Below, piece after piece: positions 38,792 to 50,808 of a stretch of DNA of 64,000 bases. The DNA is from Camelus ferus (taxonomy: Eukaryota). The notes under the pieces were generated by a model. That model was given only the letters and a program-made list of their open reading frames with translations, had not been told where the DNA came from and did no database searches. Each line of letters opens with the position of its first letter. Within the stretch, counting starts at the first letter, position 1. The stretch spans positions 104,720,001 through 104,784,000 of the forward strand of contig NC_045697.1 in NCBI RefSeq assembly GCF_009834535.1, in the 5' to 3' direction. The translations under genes and the position numbers were made by a program.

Positions 38792-38907
38792 TTTTTGGGG
38801 GGGGGGTGATTAGGTTTATTTATTCTTAAAGGAGGGACTGGGCATTGAACCCACGACCTCATGCATGCTAGGCATGTGCTCTAGCACTTGAGCTATGTCC
38901 TCTCCCC
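38792..38907 (-). mobile_element. tRNA-derived SINE (Vic-1-like) with TSD
   Basis: Pol III A/B-box tRNA-like head and CCTAAT(C)ACCCCC tail. TSD TCTAACTTGGTCTT (38778-38791) / TCTAGCCTGGTCTT (38908-38921). Confidence 0.88.
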
Positions 38908-41900
38908 TCTAGCCTGGTCTTAACCAGTGTCACTGGCTGGGGAAGTGCACCTTCTCTCTTACTGGCAGTAGCAGCTCCCTCTGGGACGAGGGACACGAGG
39001 AGAGAGGCAGATGGCAAAGCCAGTTTGGCCACTGGTGGAAAGCTATTTATGTGACTGCATGTGCACCCTTCTGCCAGCAGGACCCACGCCTGGTGTTCCA
39101 GTGGCAGCTAGTGCGTCTGGGGCCAGCCAGAAGCCTCTCTCTCCAGAATGTAGACTTTCTTGAATTTGTGAATTGGCGTCTTCCTCCTTTTGATTTTTGT
39201 TCTTTAACATCAGAAACATAATTTATGCTTATGTTTTAGAGAACATCCAAATAAAAAAAAATTTTTTCTTGTGTTGTTTAATTCACTTACATTCTTTCCC
39301 AGAAAAGGACAAAAACACAGGTTTAGCTCAATGGATATTTGGCAAGTTAGGAAGACGTGGCCTTAGCCCAGCTTTCTCAGTGAAATTTACATCTAGCTCC
39401 TATCAAAGACTGATGGCGCTGGACTTAAGTCAGGACACCTGAGTTGAATTTGCCTTCATGATTAGGGCCTGGCCATAGGACAGTTAGGCAGGTTACTTCT
39501 TTCCTGCTCAGTTTTTCTTGTCCTGCTTCTTAGAGGCATGAGTAAGATTCTTCAGTGTTTGGAGATGGCTTGATGAGGTCATTTGAAATTGCAGTCTAGG
39601 TCAATCATTGGCCGAACCACTTGAGCTTTTCTGTAACACCTGAGTCAAGAGGTGGAGGAAGGACCTGAAATGGGGGGGAGGAGCTTCAGAAAGAGTTAAC
39701 AATCACCTGGGTCAGACTGATTCTATTTTCAGATGTTTTACACTGTTTTGCAAAAATGGCATTTTGTGCATTTTCAGAATTCTGTGCTTAAGTAATTTTC
39801 TGCTCTTAATTGCCTTGTAAGATGCTTCTTGCACATGCTCAGTACTTGTTGGGTTTATGGAATTTTGATGTCTTGATGCTTGGAATAGTTCGCAAATATT
39901 TAAAGCAGTTGGAAGCAGCTTCTGTAGGACCTGAAGGCTTACTGCAGAGTTCAGTTATGGAGTGATCAAAAAATAGTTAGCATCTACAATCTGTTTAGTA
40001 TTGGGATTGAGATGCAAAGAGTTAAGAAGGTAGAGGCCCTTGTCCTTGAGTGTATTGTCCTGTGGTTGTACTCAATTCAATCTAGGGAACATGTTTGAAC
40101 TCCTGAATGCCTTGTGCTCAGTTCTTGAAACAAAGGATACACTGACGCACATATTAAAAGGTTGAAGATTCAGTGACAGGTATTCTAACTTTGACGGAAA
40201 CAAAAGTGTGTTGTAGGTTAGAGTAGAAGTTTGGGAACTCATTGGTGTTTTAAGGAAGGAATAGAACCTTGTAGAACCTTGTGAGATTGGAAACAGCTGA
40301 GAAGAAGTCAGAACTGGTGTCGGACGAGGATAAGGAGACCAGTTTGGCTGGAATGGAGATTTCATTTGGGGAGTAGAATGAGATCCAAGGAAAGGTCGTT
40401 TCAGATTAACGAGGCCATACAAGTGGGCTTAGAATGTGGGCTTTATTCTGCAGAGAATCACTGATTTTTTTTTTCAGCAGAAGCCTAACGAAATAGGAAA
40501 GAGAGGGTTTAGAGACAGTGTTTGGCATGTCTGTGTTGGGTGAGTTTGGAGATAGCAGTGAGGGTGGGGAGGGGCTGCCAAGAGGAGAGTCTGGGGTCAT
40601 TGATTTATGGGGTGGATTTGGAGATCATTCACTCGGTTCAATGGAGTCCTTGTTCGAATGGCTTTTTGAGTCCTTTTTTCACTCCTTTCCTTTCCTAGAA
40701 TAATCAGTGTCTTCTTTCAGTACAGTTTAAACTTTTGTAAGGCTTTTATGTGATGTCTGTGTAGTTTCAGATGCTTATGATTCATAGAAATGTGTCGTAT
40801 ATTTACCAGAAACAGCAGTAAGCCATATAGGCTTTTCTCAGAAATTTTTACAACTAGGGAATTCTTGAGAGAATATATTTTGTTCCAGAGGAGAAAATAG
40901 ATTTTTTAGGACAAATAATCCTTAGAATTCTTAAGGACTTCGTAGCTCTATAGAATGCTCTTGAGTAAACTTAGATTGTGTGTGCGTGTACGTGTGCATA
41001 CTGGAGGGGCCCTCATAAGTGAGCTGCTCTTACCACAGACATGGAGAAAGAGGATAGTGGCAGCCAAGATTAGAATTTGAGTCTCCTAAGCCTTGATTTT
41101 GGTATGTCTTTTAGGCCTTGCTAGATTAATGATTTTTGTTTTGTTTTCCTCGGGACAACATAATTTTTGTTCCGTTTTCCTTGGGACAACATAAAAGTTC
41201 CCTTTTGCTGTCTTTGTGTTTATTGTTTCAGAGAAATGGTTCCTGTGGTAATTCCTTTTGGGGAAATTTCTCAGGTTGCTATCGCATGGAAACATGCGGG
41301 GATTTGGAAGACTTAAAAGAATTTCACTTTGTCAACTTGAGCCCTGACCTCCTTGCTTGTAAAATGCGACTGTTGCATATAGCCTTGAGGGCTGAATTGA
41401 ATAACACATGTGAAAGTGTTTTGAAAATATAAATGTAAAGTGTCTGTGTAGACTCTATTGTTTGCCCAACTGACATTCTTTTTCTGTGACAAGCCAAATT
41501 TTGTTCAGGTGTCTTTTCCCTTTCTCACGTGACTCATGGAAAGGTGATTAGGGGTAATTCTGATTAGTCTCACTCAGTGGTTCTCAATCCTAATCCTAGC
41601 TGACCATTAGAATCACTTGGAGCTTTAAAAATGAGCAGTCAGGGTTGAGTCTAAGGACTCAGTGCAGTAGATCTATTTTCTGGGCTGGTAATCGAATGAA
41701 TGAGGATGCATTCACTTCTGACCAGTGAGACACTATAGGGTGTCTGCTTGGGACTTTGGAAAAGGTTTCCTTGTGTGTGAGAGGAGACTCATAAAAAGGG
41801 TTTTTGATTCTTCGGTGATGTCTGGTTGTGTTGTCTGGAGCTGCTCCTGCCATCTTGGGATGGTGAGTGGAGCCAAGGTAATTGTAAGGGCCATTGAAGC

Positions 41901-43641
41901 AGAGAGGTACCTGAATCTGGGTTTTTGATGCCATTGTGGGAGCCATGGATTGTTCTGTGCCCGAAGCCCACGGCTGGTTATCTTGCTAAATGACATGAGT
42001 CAGTTTGAGTGGGATTTTCTGCTACTTAACACCTTAATTTTGATGGAGTGGTATCATTGCAAATTTTGTGCTGATGCATCCATTAAGTGGAATTCAGAGG
42101 CATAGAGGTAAAATGCTATTTAAAAAGTTAATAAACTACAAACGTAATTTCTCCCTGAATGGAAAAGAATAGTCATCTATGTTCTTTGCTTCAAAGAAAT
42201 TACTGTGGACCCCCTACAATTCAGAGCATTACCTGGGGTAAGTCTTAAACTCTTACTTGGGGTTTTGCTAGTGGGCTGATTTCTAGTGTGAATGCAGACT
42301 TGCTGGAAAAGGAATTACTATCAGACTTGAGCTGGGATGTGCACCCAGATAGTCTTTAAAGGCTTTACTCACTACAGCTGGTCCTGGTCTCCATTTAGAG
42401 TAGTTCCTATTTTGGGCTTCACCAACCAGCCATGTTTGTGTAGAATGTTTGACAGGTCAGTGAGTCATCGGATGGTCTGAGTCCTCCTGATATGCTGTCA
42501 TTCCCTGCCCTTCCATCTACTGGGGTTCCTTAACCACTTCCTTTTTACTCTGTTTACTTGGAGGGTGGGGAACCAGGGAGCATTGTTGACTTCTGGAAGA
42601 GGGAGAAAACGGGAGGAGAGTATTTTTGTGTTTTAATCTTTAACATAGCTGGTGAGACAGTCTGGTATAAAAGATTAAGAGCATCTCTAGGGTGCTGGTC
42701 CGTCTGGGTCCACATCTTAGCTCAGCCACTCGTTCTCCGTGGAACCGAGGTCACGTTGCTTGGCTTTTCTATATCTGTGTTGTCATCCATACAATGGAGG
42801 TGGTAGTATTATCTACCGTATGGGGTTGCTAGTTGGGTTAAATAAATGAGGTAATACATGTAAAGCATTTAGAATGAGCACTCAAATGTTAACATTTAGG
42901 ATATATTGTATAAATTGCAGGTGTATGTTTTAACACGGAAGTCCTTTTCTTGCCTGAAAAATGACTGCTCTGGCCCAGAGACTAACGTCCAACCTTTTAG
43001 AGGTTAGTAACCCTAAGAGTATATTTGTCCAGATCATCTGTGGGCAAGGCAAGCTCTGATAAGGCTTTCAAAGTGTGAATGTAACTCAGGATGCTGAAGA
43101 ATCTGGCAAGTAAGTTGATGAATCAAAGCTGAGTGGTATCTTGGGAAAATATTTTCCAGAATTTGTTTCTGACTCACAAATATCTGGAGACAGTGTGGAA
43201 GATGTCACACAGGCTGTTGTAGATCTAGCCCAGCCGGCAGCAGCTGGGGCTCAGGCCTCCAGGAGCAGGCCTCTCATCCTGGGGACTGAGATAAGGAGGA
43301 GCTGAAGAGGGCGGGGAGAGCTCTGCTCAGGGAACTGGTGATGACGTCATCAGTGGCTGGAGCCTGCAGATACTTAAACGTTGCGCTGATGCTTTTAGAA
43401 GGTATTAACTTTAGTGTTTAACATGCAGGAAACCCCAACAACTTGGTGGACTGTGCTTGTGTTTGCTATGGGAAATTCACCATGTGAAGGAGAAGGCGGC
43501 CAGGAAACCTCCGAAAGGGAGGGTCCGAAGGGTTGTTATGTAATCCTGTTTTCTGCATGAGAATACTCAGAGTCCCCTGGACAAATTCCCAAAGAGGCTG
43601 TTTTGAATTCTGACTCCAGTAGCTATCGATCACCTCATGAC

Positions 43642-43667
43642 TTTTTTTTTTTTTTTTTTTTTTTTTT
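43642..43667. repeat. Poly(T) run of 26 nt
   Basis: Direct inspection; followed by GGTGGGGGG. Confidence 0.9.
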
Positions 43668-46600
43668 GGTGGGGGGCAAGAATTACGAAGGAGATAAAAA
43701 TATTGTGTGGTCTGCTAGGTTACCATAAACCATGCTTAAGTGATTGCTGGCTGTATGTGGCAGTGAATAGGTAAAGTGTTTACATTTGACCATGGTAATA
43801 ACATGTGGTGTCTCTTGTCCCTTTTTAAAGGTTTAGAAACATAGCTATGAACGTGTTGCTGTATAGGACTCAGTGTTGTCTTGCATTGCCTTTGATTTTC
43901 TACATCCATTTAATGAAAACTTCTAGTCAGGTTGGCTCTATTTCAGGATTTGTAGCAGAGTGTTTGGAGATTTATTGATTCTAATTCTGATTAAGGGTGT
44001 CTTGGATGTTTTAGTAGGTCCTTTTCACAGAGTTACATTTCAGAGACAAATGGGCAGTTACAAACCACAACTGAAAAATGTTTCATGTTGTTCAAAATGT
44101 ATATAATTTAAATAATTTTAATCATAGTAGCTAACTTTTATTAGGCATTTGCTATTTGCTTTACTTTGTGGTAAATTCTGTTATTTAATGTGAGGACTTC
44201 CTCAACGAGATATGCTACCATTTACTCCATGTTACAGATTAGAAAACTGAATTTGGAGAGGTTCGGAGCTTGTCCAGATCACACCATTTGTCAGTGGTGA
44301 AGCTGGAATGTGAACCCACATTTATCTGTCTGACTCCAAAGCCCTTAACCACGATAGTGAGCTGTCTCCGCAAAGGGGTGTGACTGCCGTCTTCTGTTAG
44401 GGGACGTTATTACGACAAATCCCAATTACCTGGAAAGTGTGTCCATTTCATGATCTAGTTAGGAGACGATGCTTGTCAGCTCCGCCAAGGACCATGATTT
44501 TAAATTTAAGGCCGCCTGGGATGGTTACTGTAAATAAAACCGATTGTTAATTTTTGGAATAAGTGTAGATATTCAGAGGATGGATTGATTTAGGATCAAA
44601 AATGAGCTGCACACATCCGCGCAGAGTATCATGTCCTTGTCCTCCGTCTCTGTCTTAGTGAAGTGTCTCCACTTCTCTCCCCATTAGTGTCTTTTTTCTT
44701 GTCCTTCCTCATGCCACCTTTGAGTAAATTTTAATTTTGTTCTCATATTTAAGTATTTAGGCTCTTTCCCTTTACAAAAATTTTGAGATATTTTAGAAAT
44801 CTAAAATGATACAAAGAATCTCCCAATAAACATCTCTTTATTTGCTGCTCAGCTTGGAAATAAAAGCTGCCTGTCTGCCTCTTCCCAATGGCACCTGTCC
44901 CAGGAGAGAACCCGTTCTTCTCCCTACAAGGTAGCAATTATCTCAAATCTGGTGCATAGTATTCCCAGATATTTTAATACATCTGTACACATTCCTGAAT
45001 AATAGCTAGTATGTTTTGCATGTTTTTAGACTTCATATAATGAGTTCATACTATATGTGTTCTTCTGTAACTTCTTTTTTTTACCCCCTCAACATCACAT
45101 TTGTGAGATTTATCCATGTGGATACAGGTGGCTTTATTTCATTTAGTTTGACCTCTTTTTCCTACAAGTGGCATTTTAAAAGACTTGGTCAGTTGATGTT
45201 ATGTAGATGTTACATAAATAACAGATGTTGTACTATATACCTCACACCTTGGCATAGTTTTGATCGCAAAATAGTACATTCAGAGAATTTATTCAATATG
45301 AAAGCCTTGTTGTAATTAATTTGATAAACTTTAACACACTAGCTTTGACAACAATCTGTAGTTAAGGAATCCATGAATTTTGAAGACATTTAGTAAAATT
45401 TCTTTTTGATATTTTATGTTAACCAGCATAGCATGGATAATCAGGGCAAACCAGTTTAAATTTCAGGATTGGAAGAAATAACTGGTCTGAGTCACAAACA
45501 AAAATCTTTAAGAGCCATTTTGCCTCACTGAAATTAGACATCCAGTATTGACATGTAGGGTAAAAAAGATCATATTCAGAAACACAGTGCACATTAAGGA
45601 CTCTGGAAACTGTCAGTCTAGTTAGGTCAGATGGATGTGATTTTTAAGCAGAGAATGGTTGATATTTTGTGACAGGCCTCTATACAAACAGGAACCACAG
45701 CCTGTTTATTTAATTATCCTAATATAGGAGCATAATTTATAGACTTGCCAAGGGATGCCTTTGTAATGAGAAAGCCTCGACATCCTTCTCTTGACACAAA
45801 CAAACATGTGCACTGAGAAAACCCCTGACGCTTTACGTTCTAAGGGCAGCATCTCCCTGAGCCCCGGGATGGGCTGGGATCACAGCCCTGCTGCTGTGGC
45901 TGCAGTCCTGGCTCCCTGGTCAAACTTGAATTTCCTCCTCGCGCTTCCCAAGGAGGGTGTTCGTCCTGTGCCGCTTGATGCTTCAGCAGGGAGTGTGACT
46001 TCTCCTTCCTCACTGCCCAGCTCACCCCCGGCACTGTCTGCCCTTGGGCGCCGAGGTCCCTCACCCTCATGGTGAGGTGTGTGGCTGGGGGACTTCAGTT
46101 GGGCTGGAGCGGTGTCACTTCAGGTCTGAATGCTAGATATGTTTAAGACTGTCTTAAAAGCATGCATACACTTTTTTTTTTTTAAATCTCTGCCTATTAA
46201 GTTACATCCACCACTTACTCGGTGACCTTTGGGCAAATGACTGAAATCCTCTGTGGCTAACTTTGTTTCTTTGTTAGTAAAATGGAAATACTACCAACTC
46301 TCCCTCAAATGGTGGTGGTGCTTAATCCTCAAGTTACATGTTAAAAGATCTTAGAACTCTGCCTGGCCTGTGGTAGGTACTGGCATCATCTCCATCACCA
46401 CCACCAGCATCATCATCGTTGCTGAAAAAGCACCATCCTGACTTCCTTTGGTTGAACTTGAGCACAGTGGCTTTACCTGTAGCGACAGTAGAAGTGGTTG
46501 GTGAACACATGTTCTTTTCTCTTTTTGAGGCTAACCATATTTTGAAGCACAGGGCCGAATATAAGCCTCTCATTTATTAAATAGGAGAAACCATCTGTCT

Positions 46601-46899
46601 CCATGTGTTGAAATCCAGTGCATTACCCAAGATCTTTGCTTGAAAGTTTTGGAAACAAAGCCAAAAAAGTGCAAGGGAGTGGAGTGTGGTTGACGTGTTA
46701 TTACTCGTACTGGAGAATCTGGCAGCTGTTACCTCTGTCACTCTGACACATAGTTTTGTTTTTCTTTGGTGAAATGCAGGTCAAAGGCAGCATAGCAAAA
46801 TATTAAAGATCATGGTCTTTGAAGTCAAATCTACTTACTGTGTGACCTTGGGCAACTCACTTAACTTGTTTGTGTCTGTAAAATGTGGATAGTAATTTT

Positions 46900-47191
46900 T
46901 TTAAATATCTTTTTTTTAAAAACACCTTTATTATGTCATAATTCCTGTACAGTAAACTACACATTTCAGATGTGCAATTTGACTTTTGATAGATGTATAT
47001 ACATCAGTGAAACCATCACCATAATCAAGATAACTAGCATTTCCATCACTCCCCAAGAGGTGCAAATTTTGAATTCCCAATTTATCCTTTCCCATCCCCT
47101 TTGCATCCTGGTAACCATAAGTTTGTTCTCTGTGTCTGTGAGTCTGTTTCTGTTTTGTAGATTAGTTCTTTTGTGTCCTTTTTTTAAAGAT
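46900..47191 (-). mobile_element. Chimeric L1 retro-insertion in a MIR, perfect 16-bp TSD
   Basis: TSD TGTGGATAGTAATTTT at 46884-46899 and 47192-47207. Young L1 3' UTR piece (~47060-47191) fused to an old-type L1 terminus (~46900-47058). Confidence 0.85.
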
Positions 47192-47433
47192 TGTGGATAG
47201 TAATTTTATTTCCATGAATGTTGCTAGGATTAAATTAGTTGGTTATTCGTAAAGCACTTAAAAAATGTACTGAATTTCTGTGCAGAACTTAGAGTTCTAA
47301 TGGGATAGACAGAAGATTCATTAAGCAATATCATTCACACTGTTCAATGAGAGTGGAGAATGGAATGCTATGGCCGTTGTTAACAGGACTAACTAGGGGA
47401 TTAAAGAAGACTTCAAGAAGTTGGTAACCTCTA

Positions 47434-48060
47434 CGATGATATAGCAATCCTACTCCTTGGCATGTAACTGGAGAAAACTCTAATTCAAAAAGATAGTGCT
47501 GCTCTGAACACTGGGATGCATCTATTTACAATAGCCAAGACATGGAAACAACCTAAATGTCCATTGATAGATGACTGGATAAAGAAGATGTGCTGATTTG
47601 TGCACACACACAATGGAATATTACTCAGCTATAAAAAAGAATGAAATCATGTCGTTTGCAACAACATGGATGGACCTAGAGATTATCATACCAAGTGAAG
47701 TAAATCAGACAGATAAAGACAAATATCATATGCTATCACTTTACATGGGGAATCTAAAAGAATGAGACAAATGAACTTTCAAAACAAACAGACTCACAGA
47801 CATAGAAAGCAAACTTATGGTTACCAAGGGGAAAGGGGGAAGAGGGATAAGTTAGGAGTTTGGGATTTACAGATACTAACTGCTGTATATACAATAAACA
47901 GCAGGGTCCTACTGTATAGTACAGGGAATTATATTCAATAGCTTGTAATAACTTATACATTTTTTTCAAATTGTTTTTCACTATAACTGAATCACTATGG
48001 TGTACACCAGAAACTAACACAACATTGTCAATGAACTATACTTCATTAAGAAAAAAAAAA
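47434..48060 (+). mobile_element. L1, 5'-truncated, ~0.63 kb, with TSD and internal micro-inversion
   Basis: ORF2 end plus 3' UTR plus A tail. TSD AAGAAGTTGGTAACCTCTA (47415-47433) / AAGAAATTGATAACTTCTA (48061-48079). Confidence 0.9.
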
Positions 48061-48079
48061 AAGAAATTGATAACTTCTA

Positions 48080-49470
48080 AGCTGAGATCAGAAGAAAGGC
48101 TAGGAGCTTTCCACGCTGAGAGTGGGACAGGAGGATCCTCTGAGTTCGGTGAAATGCATGTGGGAGGCCTGGAGGCCAGAGATAGCATGTGTGTGGCTGC
48201 AGGACCAGTGCAGGTGCACTGGGGCAGGGGGCTTGTGCGGAACGGGAAGAGTGGGGCTACAGAGGAGGCAGGGCAGGGTTGGGAAGGGCCTGCTGAAGTG
48301 TGTCGAGGGCTTCAGACTTCATTTTGAGGACCACGGGGAGGTGATGGAGACATTTTGAGCAGGGATCAGCAGCACCTGAATTGTTTTAGAAGAGTTGCCC
48401 AGGCTGTGGCTGGGAGGATGGATTTGAGGACAGCAGCACTGGAGCTTGGGTGCTCACTCACCCAGGCCAGAGGCTGTGGTGGCTGGAGAGGCAGTGTCTC
48501 AAGGAGTGGCAATTTAGAGGCTGTAGGCTTTGGTGGGTGCTTGGGTGTGGGAGCTGAGGAAGGAGGCACCCGAGATGATTCCTCAGTTCCTGGCCTGGGC
48601 AGGGGGTGCTGGTCCCTGAGGTAGTCCAGCCAGGGGGATGGGTTTTGTAGAAGCGAGGGTGTTTTTGGTTTGGATGTGTGGAGACCGAGTTGCTTCTGGG
48701 CGTCCAGTGGACACTCAGGGGCTCGTTTCTTTCATGAGTGTGTATTTCAGAAACAGGGATTAGAGCTGAAGATTCTGGAGACACAGCACAGAGACAGGAA
48801 ATGACCCCGGCCATGGGATAGAATGTAGTGAAGGAGACTGGTGGCTCAGGGCGGGTCCTGAGGGATGCAACTTTTAAGGGGTGGGTAGAGGAAGAGGTTG
48901 AGAAGGAGACTGGAGAGCAGTAGCCATTGGGTGGGAGGGAGAAGGGGGGAAACCTACAAGGGGTTGCAAAAGTCAAGGGCAAAGGTGGTTTTGTAAGGTA
49001 GGAGGGGAGTGGAGAGGTCATGCTACAGAGAGGTCAAGTCCCAGGAGTCCAGGTGACATGGACTTAACAAGACAGAGTCATTGGTAATAACCGAGAGATG
49101 GGTTTGTGGCATGGCTGGGATGAGAGCCTGATGGCACAGGGTTCAGAAGAAGGTGCTTGGAAAACAAGTGAGCCTGTGGTCCAGGGAGTTCCCCCAAAAT
49201 ATGGGTTAAGGGGTGAGATCTGAACATGCCAATGAATGTGTCCAGCAGAGAGGAGGAGAGGGAGATTCAGGGAATAGTCCTGCATGCAGGGGGCTTCTGA
49301 ATAGCATGGAAGATAGGATTCAGATTCCAGGTAAAGGAGGGGGACACATCTACTTTGGTAACAGAGGGGTGGAAATGATGCGCACATAGCTGGGTAGACT
49401 TGTAGATTTGTGTCAGGATGTCGAGGAAGTTATGAACTGATGGATGTATTTGCTATTGTAAGGTAGAGGG
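48080..49470. mobile_element. L2 fragment(s), degraded
   Basis: L2-type motifs (GGCTGTGGCTGGGAGGATGGATTTGAG, TTTTGGTTTGGATGTG, GGGCGGGTCCTGAGGGATGCAACTTTTAAGGG, TGCTACAGAGAGGTCAAG). Confidence 0.6.
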
Positions 49471-50613
49471 CAAGATGGTTTTCAGTAATGAATTCTTTTA
49501 ATTTCTCCCCTATCACATTCTTTTTTCTGGGTAATAATGTATGACTTGTAATAATTTTTCCTCATAGTCTGAGCTGGATGGCATAGAATATAGATGTTCA
49601 ACTGAGAAGAGATAATAGGAGGCAGGTGAGGAGAAAAAGTAGCAATAACATATCTGGAAGAACAATCCTCAAGACACCAAGAAATTCCTGTCTTTCAGAG
49701 TTTGTTCCTCTGGTGCTTAGGATTGAGTGCATTATTCAGACACTCTTTAATATTGGTTTTTAAAAAAAGAATTAGATGAAAACACCTTTTTCTTTTTCCC
49801 AGAGGGACGCTGCTGATTTTCTTGTCTGATCTCAGTGGAGTCGTGCTGGTTCTCTTTGGATGTCTGCACAGAAGACGTTTCCCTTGGTGACATCCGGGAA
49901 GAGATCCTAGGACTTGGGGTTTGGAATAGAGCCTGGGAGAGTTACAAGAGTAGTCAGTATCAGTGATCTAAAAATATCTTTTCTTCCTCCATTCTAGCTA
50001 ACTGCTTGGGTTCTCTAGTTTGAGAAACAGTTCCTAGAAGAAATAGGATGACTGTCAGTCTTCTAGTGCAGTGGGGTGCAGACAGCCCCCCTCTTCTCTG
50101 GCTCCCATGCACTGACTACAGGCACCGGGTACCTTCAGGGATGGGAAGTGTGGAGACAAGCAGGTTCTTCAGCGGGAGGGATTCTAGGACTCAGCGAAGA
50201 AGTTCATTGCTTGTGTCCCAGAGCTAGAGTTCTTGGTTGGTTTTTGTGGAAAGTGTAGGCTTTTTTTTGTTTTTTGCCTTGACAGTTCACATTTTTGGCA
50301 TAAGACATCCTGTATAACCTCATTCATTTCCCTCTGTTGCAAACAAGAGAAACCCAACTAAAACCAGTTGAAGCAAAAAAGAGACTTTTTGGCCCATGTG
50401 AGTGAAATCTCAGGAGTGGAGTTCCTTTAGGAACACCTGAATCCAAGGGTTTGAGTGATGGCGTCAGGTCTCTTTTTGCATCGCTAGCATTTCCCGCAGT
50501 TGGCTTGACCCTCAGGTGGGCACACTTTGCACGGTGGTGATAGTTTAAGGCTTACTGACATCTTTCTCATCACCCTGGGAATTCGAGAGAACAGCGACTC
50601 CTTTTCCCTAGAG

Positions 50614-50808
50614 CAGTGGTTCTCAAACAGATGACTGTGGCACCGCAGAGATGTTTTTGTTGTCGTAGTTGGAAGGTGACGGTGGCATCTAGTGGGTAGA
50701 GGCCGATGATGCCGTGCTGCCAAACCCCTTGCAGTGCCCGGGATCAGCCCCTGCACAGCGGAGAACCAGCCAGCTCGAAGCTCACTGTGTGGAGGTTGAG
50801 AAACCCTG
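50614..50808. mobile_element. MER20 hAT MITE, nested in a MaLR-type LTR (~50320-50990)
   Basis: Termini CAGTGGTTCTCAA.. and ..GGTTGAGAAACCCTG; internal GGCATCTAGTGGGTAGAGGCC. Confidence 0.8.
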
